Shown here piece by piece: positions 22,403-31,521 of a DNA stretch of 64,000 nucleotides; position 1 is the stretch's first letter, and every line of letters begins with the position of its first letter. A program made the translations under genes and the position numbers. This DNA comes from an uncultured Bacilli bacterium. Lineage in GTDB: Bacteria; Bacillota_I; Bacilli_A; RF39; UBA660. The DNA lies in assembly GCA_944358325.1 (NCBI GenBank), contig CALVQV010000001.1:472-64471 (forward strand), read 5' to 3'. Under the pieces are notes generated by a model. The model was given only the letters and a program-made list of their open reading frames with translations. It was not told the origin of the DNA and ran no database searches.

Positions 22403-24187
22403 TTATAATCCTCCACCTCGTCCCATGGAATCTAATTCTTCATCTGTCGCAATAACATTAATTTGCATACGACGACTTCCACATACAAACAAGGCATTAC
22501 CTTGTTGATATCTTTTTATACTTTCTTTTTCATTATCGTTCAAATCTATTAATAACGCTAAATCTTCTACTGCTTGTTTTTTCAACCCCATTATAAGATA
22601 ATATGAAGCATTATCAAATATTGCTTTACCTTGAGTTATAACAGCAGGATCACTAAAATCACTAGGTTGTTGTGTAATAATAATTGTTCCTGTATTATAT
22701 TTTCTTGAACGTCTTTGAATTTGTGCCAAGAAATCTGCTCCTAGTGTATTGTTACCACTGATTAAAACATGAGCTTCATCAACCATTAAAATAGTATTAA
22801 TATTTCTGTCTAATGTCATACCCCAAGCATATTTTAAAATATTAAAGAATAAAGCATTTTTAATATTAACATCACTATTCATTAATTCACGAATGTTGAA
22901 AACAATAAATTCGCTTTTTGGTGTAATAGTTGTATGACCATCAAAGTAATATTTTAATTCTTTAACAATTGGTCTAATTTTTAATTCCAATTTTTCTAAT
23001 ATAGCTTTTTCATGAGATGCTTCTGGCATTGCTAAAATACGTCCTTTAATAGTTGCGTACACATCTTTAAATGTTGGATAATCTTTAGACGTAAATTTGC
23101 TAAAATCAGTATCAAAGCCAATACCAAATCTTTTATATGTATCTTGAACAACTTCACTAAACATTGTAATAACATCTTCTTCCACACTTGGATCATAATA
23201 TTTCAAAAATGCTTTTAATGTTTGAAGAGTTCTAGTAAGAATAGTATAACCTAATCCTTCTTTTAATTCATCTTCATCGGCATCTAGAATCACTTCAAGT
23301 GGATTAATCATACCAAATTCTCCACCCTTACCTAAATCAATGAAATCTCCTCCAAAGAATTTAGTCATTTCTTCTAATTCACCTTCAGGGTCAATAACAA
23401 CTATCTTATAATTGTTTCTAAAATGACTTCTTAAAAGTAATTTTGCTGCTGTAGATTTACCACTACCAGAAGTACCTAAAATAATCATATTAGCGTTATT
23501 ACGATTGTGTTCTTTTTTTATTTGATATAAGAATTGATTAAATAATATAACACCTCCAGAGAAATCAGTACCTAATAAAGTACTTAATCCCGGATCTTTA
23601 ATACTATCAAAAATATATGGATACATAGCTGCAATTGTGGTAGATGGTATAGGTGTACCTATACGATCTTCAATATCTTGTTTTGGAAAAATTGGTAAAA
23701 TGGATTTTAATACTTTTTCTTGTTCAAACATCAATGGTACTGCTTGCATTTCCATTGATTCCATATAATTTTTCAATTGAACCTTTTTAGCAATTAATTC
23801 ATCATGTGAATCTGCAGTTATCATAATATGTAATTGAAAATCGTAAATCTTAGCTTGTGTACTTGCTAGCATTTGAATAAATTGTTCTAATGACTCATAA
23901 TCTTGTCTAATTCTTTCTTGTAATGTTTTATCATTTTCATCTTGAAATCTTTGTTTTAAATCAGCGATTTCCTTATTAATCATTTTACTGATAGTACTAA
24001 ATGGTAATGGTATATGTTTAATTACCATTTTTACACCTGGTATACTAGTAATATTAGATAAATAAGCAGTACTAATATATTTAGGATAAGAAATTGCTGT
24101 CAAAATAGTTGCATATTTATCGCTAATAATAAAATCTCTAGGCCTAAATTCTAAGCCTTTTGGCGCTAACTGTGTCTTAATATCCAT
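22403..24187 (-). CDS. VirB4-family T4SS ATPase, C-terminal (ATPase) part
   Basis: Walker A ILGTSGSGKST, Walker B ILMVDEAHVL, motif IIITQQPSDF. Starts with the QLAP...YP... region typical of Gram-positive VirB4 (TrsE/PrgJ/Orf16-like). Confidence 0.85.
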   Translation of the reverse strand: MDIKTQLAPKGLEFRPRDFIISDKYATILTAISYPKYISTAYLSNITSIPGVKMVIKHIPLPFSTISKMINKEIADLKQRFQDENDKTLQERIRQDYESLEQFIQMLASTQAKIYDFQLHIMITADSHDELIAKKVQLKNYMESMEMQAVPLMFEQEKVLKSILPIFPKQDIEDRIGTPIPSTTIAAMYPYIFDSIKDPGLSTLLGTDFSGGVILFNQFLYQIKKEHNRNNANMIILGTSGSGKSTAAKLLLRSHFRNNYKIVVIDPEGELEEMTKFFGGDFIDLGKGGEFGMINPLEVILDADEDELKEGLGYTILTRTLQTLKAFLKYYDPSVEEDVITMFSEVVQDTYKRFGIGFDTDFSKFTSKDYPTFKDVYATIKGRILAMPEASHEKAILEKLELKIRPIVKELKYYFDGHTTITPKSEFIVFNIRELMNSDVNIKNALFFNILKYAWGMTLDRNINTILMVDEAHVLISGNNTLGADFLAQIQRRSRKYNTGTIIITQQPSDFSDPAVITQGKAIFDNASYYLIMGLKKQAVEDLALLIDLNDNEKESIKRYQQGNALFVCGSRRMQINVIATDEELDSMGRGGGL

Positions 24188-24786
24188 TATCCAATCACCG
24201 TCCCAAATGTCGTACTTTTTCCACCATTTAAGAAATTATCAATAATAATTCTTAAATCTTCATTTGTGGTTTGATATGAAGTTAATCCAGCTTGTGCTAA
24301 GTTATTAATTAAATTACGAATTCTTTTTTGACATAACTGCATATCTTTATCTTTAAATAAAATATAAAATTCTGTATCAACAACATTATTATTCATAAAC
24401 ATATTAGCCTTATTAATATCTTGTCTAATAAGTTTTTTCTTGATTTGATTTTGACTATTGTTATATAAAAGTTCTAGATTTGATAAATAAACATTTATAT
24501 CAACCGGTCTATCAGCAGCAATCATCCAAAACTCATAATCGATACTATCATAAACTCTGCGTAAATTAACAATCGCACTATCTTGCGATAATTGATCTAA
24601 GATGAAAATATTTTTAGGCATTATTTTAACACCAGTAATATAATAATTGTTATCTAAAATAATCATCCCATTAACAATACTTTTAACTGGAACAAAATGA
24701 TCATTAGTATACTTACTTTTTGTCTTTGTCATAACTGAAGCACCAACCCTTCCATACGTATCTTTGCCTATTAGTATAAAAAACAT
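24187..24786 (-). CDS. VirB4 N-terminal domain encoded as a separate ORF (split gene or frameshift)
   Basis: 199 aa. Its pattern (IVNGMIILDNNYYITGVKIMPKNIFILDQLSQDSAIV...) resembles the N-terminus of Gram-positive VirB4 ATPases. Stop overlaps the start of 22403..24187 as TAATG. 199+594 aa equals the normal VirB4 length. Confidence 0.5.
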   Translation of the reverse strand: MFFILIGKDTYGRVGASVMTKTKSKYTNDHFVPVKSIVNGMIILDNNYYITGVKIMPKNIFILDQLSQDSAIVNLRRVYDSIDYEFWMIAADRPVDINVYLSNLELLYNNSQNQIKKKLIRQDINKANMFMNNNVVDTEFYILFKDKDMQLCQKRIRNLINNLAQAGLTSYQTTNEDLRIIIDNFLNGGKSTTFGTVIG

Positions 24787-25027
24787 AGGCTGAATTTATA
24801 AACGTCAAAACATTATGATAATTCGGAATAGGAAAAACTAAAGCAGATGCTAGCAAGCCAGGAGTTAAAGCTAAAGCAGCAATTGTGACATTACTTAAAT
24901 CCAAAAACGCCATTAATAACAAACTAATCCCTACTCCAACACCAAATATTATTAAATCAACAAAAGTAAAAAGTCCAAAAATTAACATAGACTTTTTACT
25001 ATTTGCTGGAATCAAATAACTATTCAT
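24713..25027 (-). CDS. VirB3-like small two-TM membrane protein
   Basis: 104 aa with two hydrophobic helices, immediately upstream of and overlapping VirB4. Same position as Tn916 Orf17, ICEBs1 ConD and PrgI. Confidence 0.45.
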   Translation of the reverse strand: MNSYLIPANSKKSMLIFGLFTFVDLIIFGVGVGISLLLMAFLDLSNVTIAALALTPGLLASALVFPIPNYHNVLTFINSAYVFYTNRQRYVWKGWCFSYDKDKK

Positions 25028-25044
25028 ATAGTATCACATCCTTT

Positions 25045-26811
25045 TTATTTTTTGTTTTTATTACCACTCAATGCTTTTTTATCTTCTTCTAACTGTTTAA
25101 TATCTTTGTTAATATCTTTTGCTTGTTGAGTAATATTATTTATTTCATTATTTATAGAAACTAAATTATTAACTTCTGACAATAACCTATTTCCTTTTTC
25201 TCTATCTTTAAGTTCTGAAGAAGCTAATAACTGATTAATAATAGGCTGTATATCGCTTCCATCAAATTTTCTTGTTCCCGTTTTTTCATCCCTTTTAAAT
25301 AAAGAACGCATCATTTGTGGATCTATAGACTTTTCAATAGCAGATGAAAATGCATCGCGTAATGATTCCATTTCTAATTCTAAATTTAACTTTAATTGTG
25401 TTTTATCATTTAATTGATTTTTAATATCATGGGCTTTTGTTGTAGTATATTCTTGTCCACTTACATCATTCCACCAATTAATAATTTTTTGTCCACTACC
25501 AATACCTCTTGCTCTAATGTTTCTATTAGCACTACTAGTAGACGCCCCCTTATTTACAGAAGAAATAATATTTCCTTTCCCACTTGATGCGTCAAGTGCA
25601 GCATGAAATCCTCCACTAAAACCACCTGCTATAGCAGATCCAGCTGTTTTTAAGAATCCTTTTTTCTTGTCAATACCTGAAGCGATATTAGCAGCAAATG
25701 ACAACGCTGAACCTCCAACTGCTGATACTGCTGCGGCTGCTAAAGGTGAAGACCCTATTTTCTTTAAAGGATTAAGAGTAAATCCACTACCCATTTTAAT
25801 TCCTAAGATATCACCAACTAATTTTGGTAACTGACTAACAAACATAAGAATACCAATTATTATAAATGTTTGAGCAAAAAAATCACCTGATTTAGAACCT
25901 GCAATTATATTGCCATCTGGCCCATATTCATTAAATCCAAGTCCACCATTAGTGAAATTAGCACAAACTTCACTAATAAGAAAAATTCCAAAATATATAG
26001 CAATTAGCCTTGCAAAAACGTCCAAATATGTTTTTGTACATTCACTAACCCAATTATTAAATATTTTATCTCCCTTTTTCTGATCTATATATGAAAGAAC
26101 TGGAATAGGAGCAATTAATTGTAGAAAAGCTAATTTTACAGAACGAATTGCAATATCAATACAAAAAATTAGTAAAATCCACGCCACAAATCCACCAGCA
26201 ATAGTTGAAATAAAAGCTTGATAGTGGTATCTATATTCTCCATTATCTTTGGTGTTTATATTTTCATGAATGAATTTTGAAGCTGATGACCAACTTGTTG
26301 AACTCATAGCAGTATCATAATCACTTCCCGCCACATAATTATTTGGATAAAAAAAGCCTTGGAAAGTTCTTATTGCCATAATGTTACCACCATTTTTTAT
26401 AGCTTCATTGGGATCAGTTGTAGTCATACCTGCTAAGACTAAATTACCTATGATATTTTCATGCAAAATAACATATTGAATCCTATATGCAAATGTAAAT
26501 ATCCAAGGTACTATTGCTAGACATACAAGGGAAATAACAATTCTTTTTATAAGCGCGCCAGAACCTGATTTACTATCACTAATACTATCAGGATTAGCAT
26601 ACCATGATATCATAGAAATTGTTATTTTAAAAATCATAAAAATACCAATTAGAATATAAATTCTTTGTGTAAATTCACTAATTGTATCTTGACCAATTAC
26701 TGCAATATTAGAAATTGTCATAAACAATTCATACAGCATTCCAATTACGCTGTATACTATTTTGTCCAGACAAAACATAATCCATCTAAATGCATCTTCT
26801 ATCCATCCCAT
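25045..26811 (-). CDS. VirB6/TrbL-like polytopic membrane protein with Gly/Ser-rich region and coiled-coil tail
   Basis: 588 aa with at least 6 TM helices. Internal G/S/A-rich segment and a C-terminal coiled-coil (KDINKDIKQLEEDKKAL). Architecture like ConG/TcpH channel proteins. Confidence 0.55.
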   Translation of the reverse strand: MGWIEDAFRWIMFCLDKIVYSVIGMLYELFMTISNIAVIGQDTISEFTQRIYILIGIFMIFKITISMISWYANPDSISDSKSGSGALIKRIVISLVCLAIVPWIFTFAYRIQYVILHENIIGNLVLAGMTTTDPNEAIKNGGNIMAIRTFQGFFYPNNYVAGSDYDTAMSSTSWSSASKFIHENINTKDNGEYRYHYQAFISTIAGGFVAWILLIFCIDIAIRSVKLAFLQLIAPIPVLSYIDQKKGDKIFNNWVSECTKTYLDVFARLIAIYFGIFLISEVCANFTNGGLGFNEYGPDGNIIAGSKSGDFFAQTFIIIGILMFVSQLPKLVGDILGIKMGSGFTLNPLKKIGSSPLAAAAVSAVGGSALSFAANIASGIDKKKGFLKTAGSAIAGGFSGGFHAALDASSGKGNIISSVNKGASTSSANRNIRARGIGSGQKIINWWNDVSGQEYTTTKAHDIKNQLNDKTQLKLNLELEMESLRDAFSSAIEKSIDPQMMRSLFKRDEKTGTRKFDGSDIQPIINQLLASSELKDREKGNRLLSEVNNLVSINNEINNITQQAKDINKDIKQLEEDKKALSGNKNKK

Positions 26812-26832
26812 ATTTTTCTCCTTTTTTCTATA

Positions 26833-27738
26833 TTACCAACAGAAATATTCTCCTAATCCAATAGCATTTAATAAGAAATTGATTAATTCTGGTAATAAAT
26901 ATAAAACTATTATAATTCCTATTCTAACAGCAAAATTTTTATTTGCTTTTTTGAAACTTTTAAAATCACTATTATCAATTACTACTTTAGCATAATCCAT
27001 CATAGTTACAATAAATAATAAAACACTTAAAAATATTCTTATCATTTTGTATATATCTTTGATTATTTCAGCTAATCCCCCTAAAGCATCGCAACCATTT
27101 TTTTCACTAAAATCTAAATCTCCAATATTACTTCCACCTTGTTCGTTACCTTGATTAGTATCTTGATTATTATCTTGAGAATCTTCATCTTTTTCAGTCC
27201 ATTCAATTTCATATTGTTTTTTACAAGACTCTCTAAGTTCTTCAGTAGTTCTACATTCACATCTTGTTTTGCAATCTTCTACACTACTAGCTTGCCCTGT
27301 GGCATTACAATAATTAAGAATCCAAGATTTACAAGGTTCTTGAGAACATTTTTGTTTTAAAGTTATACTTGTACTAGGTGATGTCATATCAATACCTATG
27401 CAGTCACGGCACATATCAGAAACATTAGAATTCTCCACTGGACAACTTTTATATAAATTTTGATATTTTGTAAATCTATTTGATTCACAAGTTCCCATAT
27501 TACTAGCCATACTGCTATTTTGACAAACTCTAAATTCATCATTAATTTTTTTTAGTTCTGTTTGAATTTGTTCTAATGTCATTCCACCAATTTTAGTTAC
27601 TCCAAAATCTTCGTCACATAATTTTGAAGCAGAGTTAATTGGTGTGTATTTATCGGGAATAGCCTTAACATTTGCAGTCCCTATTATAAATAATAATAAT
27701 ATTAGAAATATTTTTGATAAATTTTTCTTTTTTAACAT
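26833..27738 (-). CDS. secreted Cys-rich protein with C-terminal double-TM anchor
   Basis: Signal peptide MLKKKNLSKIFLILLLFIIGTANVKA. About 17 Cys in the extracellular part, two C-terminal hydrophobic helices. Start set at the ATG with RBS AGGGAGA; the ORF track starts at TTG 27762. Confidence 0.5.
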   Translation of the reverse strand: MLKKKNLSKIFLILLLFIIGTANVKAIPDKYTPINSASKLCDEDFGVTKIGGMTLEQIQTELKKINDEFRVCQNSSMASNMGTCESNRFTKYQNLYKSCPVENSNVSDMCRDCIGIDMTSPSTSITLKQKCSQEPCKSWILNYCNATGQASSVEDCKTRCECRTTEELRESCKKQYEIEWTEKDEDSQDNNQDTNQGNEQGGSNIGDLDFSEKNGCDALGGLAEIIKDIYKMIRIFLSVLLFIVTMMDYAKVVIDNSDFKSFKKANKNFAVRIGIIIVLYLLPELINFLLNAIGLGEYFCW

Positions 27739-27783
27739 ACATAGTTCTCCCTTGATATACAATAAACTAATATAATTATAGCA

Positions 27784-27819
27784 TAAAAAAAATATAGAAT
27801 AAAGTAAATTATTCTATAT
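27784..27819 (-). terminator. rho-independent terminator ending the pilus-module transcript
   Basis: Perfect 11-bp inverted repeat atatagaataa/ttattctatat with a 6-nt loop, followed on the minus strand by T8, directly after the stop of 27837..28175. Confidence 0.6.
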
Positions 27820-27836
27820 TTTAAGATTATGTTTAA

Positions 27837-28175
27837 TTAGCAATTGTTATTTAAAAAGCAATCAACACATTCCATTGGACTTGCTGTGTCGCCACCTGCT
27901 GATCCTAATAATCCAAATACTAATTGAACGATTGAGAAAATTAAGAATACAATAACAGCTGCGATAGCACGTGTAATAAAAGTTTTTTGTCCTTTTTTAA
28001 TATCATCTTCTTTTTGTTGCATTACAGCTTTTCCTAAATCCATCATTCCGTATAAAATTAATGCGATTGGTACAAAAATTTTAATTATATTATATGCTAA
28101 ACTAACTAAATTAGGTAGCATCGCTGGTATTCCTTCAATTCCTCCACATGAAACAGTTGCGTCTAAAACAAACAT
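27837..28175 (-). CDS. small two-TM membrane protein with C-terminal Cys cluster
   Basis: 112 aa with two hydrophobic helices. C-terminus 'ASPMECVDCFLNNNC'. Last gene before the internal terminator. Confidence 0.45.
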   Translation of the reverse strand: MFVLDATVSCGGIEGIPAMLPNLVSLAYNIIKIFVPIALILYGMMDLGKAVMQQKEDDIKKGQKTFITRAIAAVIVFLIFSIVQLVFGLLGSAGGDTASPMECVDCFLNNNC

Positions 28176-28233
28176 ATTTTACCTCCTCTTTGTTAATATA
28201 ATTGTACTTTATTCATAGTTGTTTGTCAACTTT

Positions 28234-29223
28234 TTATATGTTAAATAAGCCTAAAAGTTTCTTCTTTTTTTCATTTTCGCCATCTGCTTGACGTTCAAAA
28301 CCCATTTTCATTAAGAATGGATCCATTGCATTTATATCTTTTTCTCTTTCATCAAGTGGTGGCATATTATAAAACACTTTAGTTTTTGCTTCATATTCAA
28401 AGTCTAATACATCTTTTGGAGTTAAAAGGCTTTGATTTAAAATTAAATGTTTTCCCTTTAATTCGTTAAAAATCTTTCTATTACTCAACATTAATTTATT
28501 TAATTTAATAGTTGAAGGTTCTAATAAGTAAAGAGTGTCTTGACACATTCCTTCAGCTACAGAACTATTATTCATATCTACTAATATAACATCATTACCA
28601 TTATATTTTGCAAGTGTATTACCTAAATCTTGTGTAACGGTAGAAACCATATTTTTATCTCTAAAATATGCAAAATCACGTTTATCAACTTCGATTGCCA
28701 CAACACTATAATTTTTACTCAATTGTTTTTTCATCATATAAGTAAATGTTGTTGCTCCTGCACTTTGATTAACATTTTTAATTCCTATTATTTTAGTTCC
28801 TGAATTTGGTCCAAATTTTTCTACAACAACTTCATGAATATTATCAAGTTGATGATATTGTGCTACGTCACGATAACTATTAGGGTTATTATATAAATAA
28901 ACTATTCCTTCTACATTTTTTGTAAAATTATAAATTCCCATGGAAATTAATTTTGATAAATAATCACTAGATGAACTATCAGGAGAATCATCAAGTAAAA
29001 GAATTACTTTATCCATGTCTAAAGAAATTGATAATTTTTGTAACGTTTTTATATCTTTATAATTTTTTATAGCTGTAATATCTAAAATCATTCTTTGATA
29101 AAAGAAATTTTGAAATTGATTAATAATTTCATCAACAGTAAATTCTCCATCTAGTCTTTTAATAACTTCTATTTCTAATGATTGTAGCATTGCACTATAA
29201 CGATTAGCAATTATAACATTCAT
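28234..29223 (-). CDS. TadZ/CpaE-like protein (receiver-like N-domain plus degenerate ParA/MinD-like domain)
   Basis: 329 aa. Central 'IIGIKNVNQSAGATTFTYMM' sits where the deviant Walker A (GxKGGxGKTT) would be but is degenerate. Walker-B-like VILVDMN. Position next to tad-like genes. Assignment tentative. Confidence 0.35.
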   Translation of the reverse strand: MNVIIANRYSAMLQSLEIEVIKRLDGEFTVDEIINQFQNFFYQRMILDITAIKNYKDIKTLQKLSISLDMDKVILLLDDSPDSSSSDYLSKLISMGIYNFTKNVEGIVYLYNNPNSYRDVAQYHQLDNIHEVVVEKFGPNSGTKIIGIKNVNQSAGATTFTYMMKKQLSKNYSVVAIEVDKRDFAYFRDKNMVSTVTQDLGNTLAKYNGNDVILVDMNNSSVAEGMCQDTLYLLEPSTIKLNKLMLSNRKIFNELKGKHLILNQSLLTPKDVLDFEYEAKTKVFYNMPPLDEREKDINAMDPFLMKMGFERQADGENEKKKKLLGLFNI

Positions 29224-29241
29224 TTTTATCTTCCTTCCTTT

Positions 29242-29757
29242 TTACATACATTTATTATTGACACATTTGTCATTACCACAATCTGCATCTGTATTACACT
29301 TATGATGATTATCTATAGTATGATAAAAAACTTTGGTTTGTCCCGTTAAAGGAATTTCTAATTTTGAATCAATTATTGGTATATCCAAATACATATAGGC
29401 TACCACATAATATTGATTACCTCTTCCTTGTGGTTCTTCATAAATACAATATCTATAGTTTTTTTGATTATTAATAGCTGTCAAAACATTTCCAGACTTC
29501 GTTGTTCTTGTAGGACATGTGTGATTATTACTAACACGATATCCAATATCTTTCAACATTTCTTCTATTTTTTGATCTAATACGGCTCTGTTTTCTTCTG
29601 AATAACCATCATCATATTTTTCAATCAAATCAACAATTTTATTCTTAACTTTAAAAGCTTTTGAATAAGCAAGAGAACTTAAAAATACTAACATAATTAT
29701 TATAATAAATGTAATGATAATCATAAAAACATAACTGTTTGCGATTGATTCCTTCAT
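29242..29757 (-). CDS. TadE/pseudopilin-like membrane-anchored protein, Cys-rich C-terminus (paralog A)
   Basis: N-terminal TM helix, then 'LAYSKAFKVKNKI', 'YCIY', 'YLDIPI'. C-terminal knot-like CNTDADCGNDKCVNNKCM. Confidence 0.4.
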   Translation of the reverse strand: MKESIANSYVFMIIITFIIIIMLVFLSSLAYSKAFKVKNKIVDLIEKYDDGYSEENRAVLDQKIEEMLKDIGYRVSNNHTCPTRTTKSGNVLTAINNQKNYRYCIYEEPQGRGNQYYVVAYMYLDIPIIDSKLEIPLTGQTKVFYHTIDNHHKCNTDADCGNDKCVNNKCM

Positions 29758-29790
29758 ATTTCCTCCTACCTATTAAAAAACTTTTAAATT

Positions 29791-30216
29791 TTATATATTA
29801 AATCTAAAAATTCTTTCTGTTTTTGTATATACAGGTACTTTAATTATATCTTTTACAAATGGTAAATCAATGTATAAATAAGTTAAAACACCATATGTAT
29901 AATGTCTAGCATCTTCTTTGTAATAATATATACAATATGCATAATTATTACTTAATCTTTCGACTGCTTCAGCATCGTCTCTATTTGGACACACAAAATT
30001 TTTATCATATGTATAACCAAGTGTTTTTAATACATCTTCTATTTCAGATGCTGCTAAATCATTATATCCTTCATATTTCTCAATAGCAAATATAATTCTA
30101 CTATTGACACGAAAGGCTTTGGAATAACTTACAGTAGCTGCTAAAAAAGCAAAGACAATAACTATAAATATTAAAACAATGTTATATAAAGCAATGCTTC
30201 CAACGCTTTGATTCAT
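29791..30216 (-). CDS. TadE/pseudopilin-like membrane-anchored protein (paralog B)
   Basis: Shares 'SYSKAFRVNSRI', 'YCIYYY' and 'YLYIDLPF' with 29242..29757. Same N-terminal TM topology. Confidence 0.4.
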   Translation of the reverse strand: MNQSVGSIALYNIVLIFIVIVFAFLAATVSYSKAFRVNSRIIFAIEKYEGYNDLAASEIEDVLKTLGYTYDKNFVCPNRDDAEAVERLSNNYAYCIYYYKEDARHYTYGVLTYLYIDLPFVKDIIKVPVYTKTERIFRFNI

Positions 30217-30219
30217 AAG

Positions 30220-30462
30220 TTACCACCTCCAAAACTTACATTTACTTGTGCATGATGTATCTTGATTAACAGCAAAACCATTAACATCTACGCAAATATT
30301 ATTTTCCATTCTTCTTCCACCAGCATCCTTGCAACATTCATGTAAACAAAGTCTTTGAAAGATATATAAAGTTAAAAAAAGTAAGATGGTTACGATTACA
30401 GCAATCAAAAAGTATGTAAAAATTTTTTCACCAATACTCTTTTTTTCTTTCATCATAACCAT
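30220..30462 (-). CDS. small pilin-like protein (TM helix plus conserved CC..GG..ENNxCV motif), paralog 2
   Basis: 80 aa. One TM helix, then 'ECCKDAGGRRMENNICVDVNG'. Confidence 0.4.
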   Translation of the reverse strand: MVMMKEKKSIGEKIFTYFLIAVIVTILLFLTLYIFQRLCLHECCKDAGGRRMENNICVDVNGFAVNQDTSCTSKCKFWRW

Positions 30463-30483
30463 CTCCCTAAAATTATAGACAAA

Positions 30484-30681
30484 TTAGCATTCATCAGATG
30501 CTCCAACGCAGGCATTATTTTCCCAAACACCACCATTTGTCATACAACAAGATTTCTTCTTAGTACTTTCCATTGCACTGTTAATAATTGGAGTTACAAC
30601 AGCAGCAATTACGGCGATTAAAATAATAGCCATTACAGTTAAGTTTGCTTCACCAGCAGCTTCTTTCATTATCTCACCCAC
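30484..30681 (-). CDS. small pilin-like protein (TM helix plus conserved CC..GG..ENNxCV motif), paralog 1
   Basis: 65 aa. Short charged leader ending in Gly, hydrophobic helix, then 'SCCMTNGGVWENNACVGASDEC'. Size and position right after the tadC-like gene fit an Flp-type pilin, but the canonical G/xxxxEY motif is absent. Confidence 0.4.
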   Translation of the reverse strand: MGEIMKEAAGEANLTVMAIILIAVIAAVVTPIINSAMESTKKKSCCMTNGGVWENNACVGASDEC

Positions 30682-30726
30682 CTTACTTTTCTTAATTATA
30701 ACACCTTTTTATTAGTTTATCAACAA

Positions 30727-31521
30727 TTATAAATTCATCATCATCATCATAGATAATAGCATTAGAAATAATATTCCTCCACCTGTGCACATAAGCATCA
30801 TCATGGTTTTTTGTTCCATTTTTTCTAGACGTTCTTTATATTTTTGTTCACGACTTTTATTTTGAAGTGTAGAAACAGTCTTAGAAAACATCATTAATTG
30901 TTCTTGTTTGTTTTCTTGACTCCCTAAACCTAAACGATATAAAAGACGCATCATACGCATTGAATCACGAACTGGATATTCTTTAGCAAAATCCATATAA
31001 GGATCTACACTGGAATCTCCAGCTTCTATTTTTTCGACTAATCTTCTTAATCCTGGTTTAAACATATCAGGAGCTGTTTCAATTGAACGTGATAACGCAA
31101 CTGGAACTGTATAATGTTGAATTAAAATTTCCAAACTTTTTAAATAGTATGGCAACATCAAATTAATATTGTGTAAATTATTTTTATAATATCTATTTAA
31201 ACTAGAATATGGCATTTTAAATACTATAAATCCTAGTAAAAAAGAAAATAATATGCTAACAAAGTTTAATTTTGATAAGAAATAAAATAAAATAACTACA
31301 ATAATTAAAATACCATTTCTTACTCTAATACCAAACATTTTATTTACATCAACATCTTCTCCATATTTAATGTGTAATAAAAATTCATAATCATCTTCCA
31401 TTAAAAAGCGAAAATATGGTTCTGTTTCTTGAATAAATTTATTTTGATCTATCATTTTATTATAAAACATAACAAATAAAACAATAGCAGTAATAATAAT
31501 AAACATCATATTATTCAGCAC
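30727..31521 (-). CDS. TadC-like (GspF-family) pilus assembly membrane protein
   Basis: 264 aa. N-terminal TM, cytoplasmic helical domain, C-terminal TMs. Overlaps the upstream paralog by 11 nt. Called from topology and context only. Confidence 0.45.
   Translation of the reverse strand: MLNNMMFIIITAIVLFVMFYNKMIDQNKFIQETEPYFRFLMEDDYEFLLHIKYGEDVDVNKMFGIRVRNGILIIVVILFYFLSKLNFVSILFSFLLGFIVFKMPYSSLNRYYKNNLHNINLMLPYYLKSLEILIQHYTVPVALSRSIETAPDMFKPGLRRLVEKIEAGDSSVDPYMDFAKEYPVRDSMRMMRLLYRLGLGSQENKQEQLMMFSKTVSTLQNKSREQKYKERLEKMEQKTMMMLMCTGGGILFLMLLSMMMMMNL

Noticed and set aside
30484-30681. Annotating the 65-aa protein as a canonical Flp pilin.
   Set aside because: The Flp processing motif G/xxxxEY is absent and no prepilin peptidase gene is present in the locus. 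Only size, topology and gene position support a pilin role, so it is kept as 'pilin-like'.
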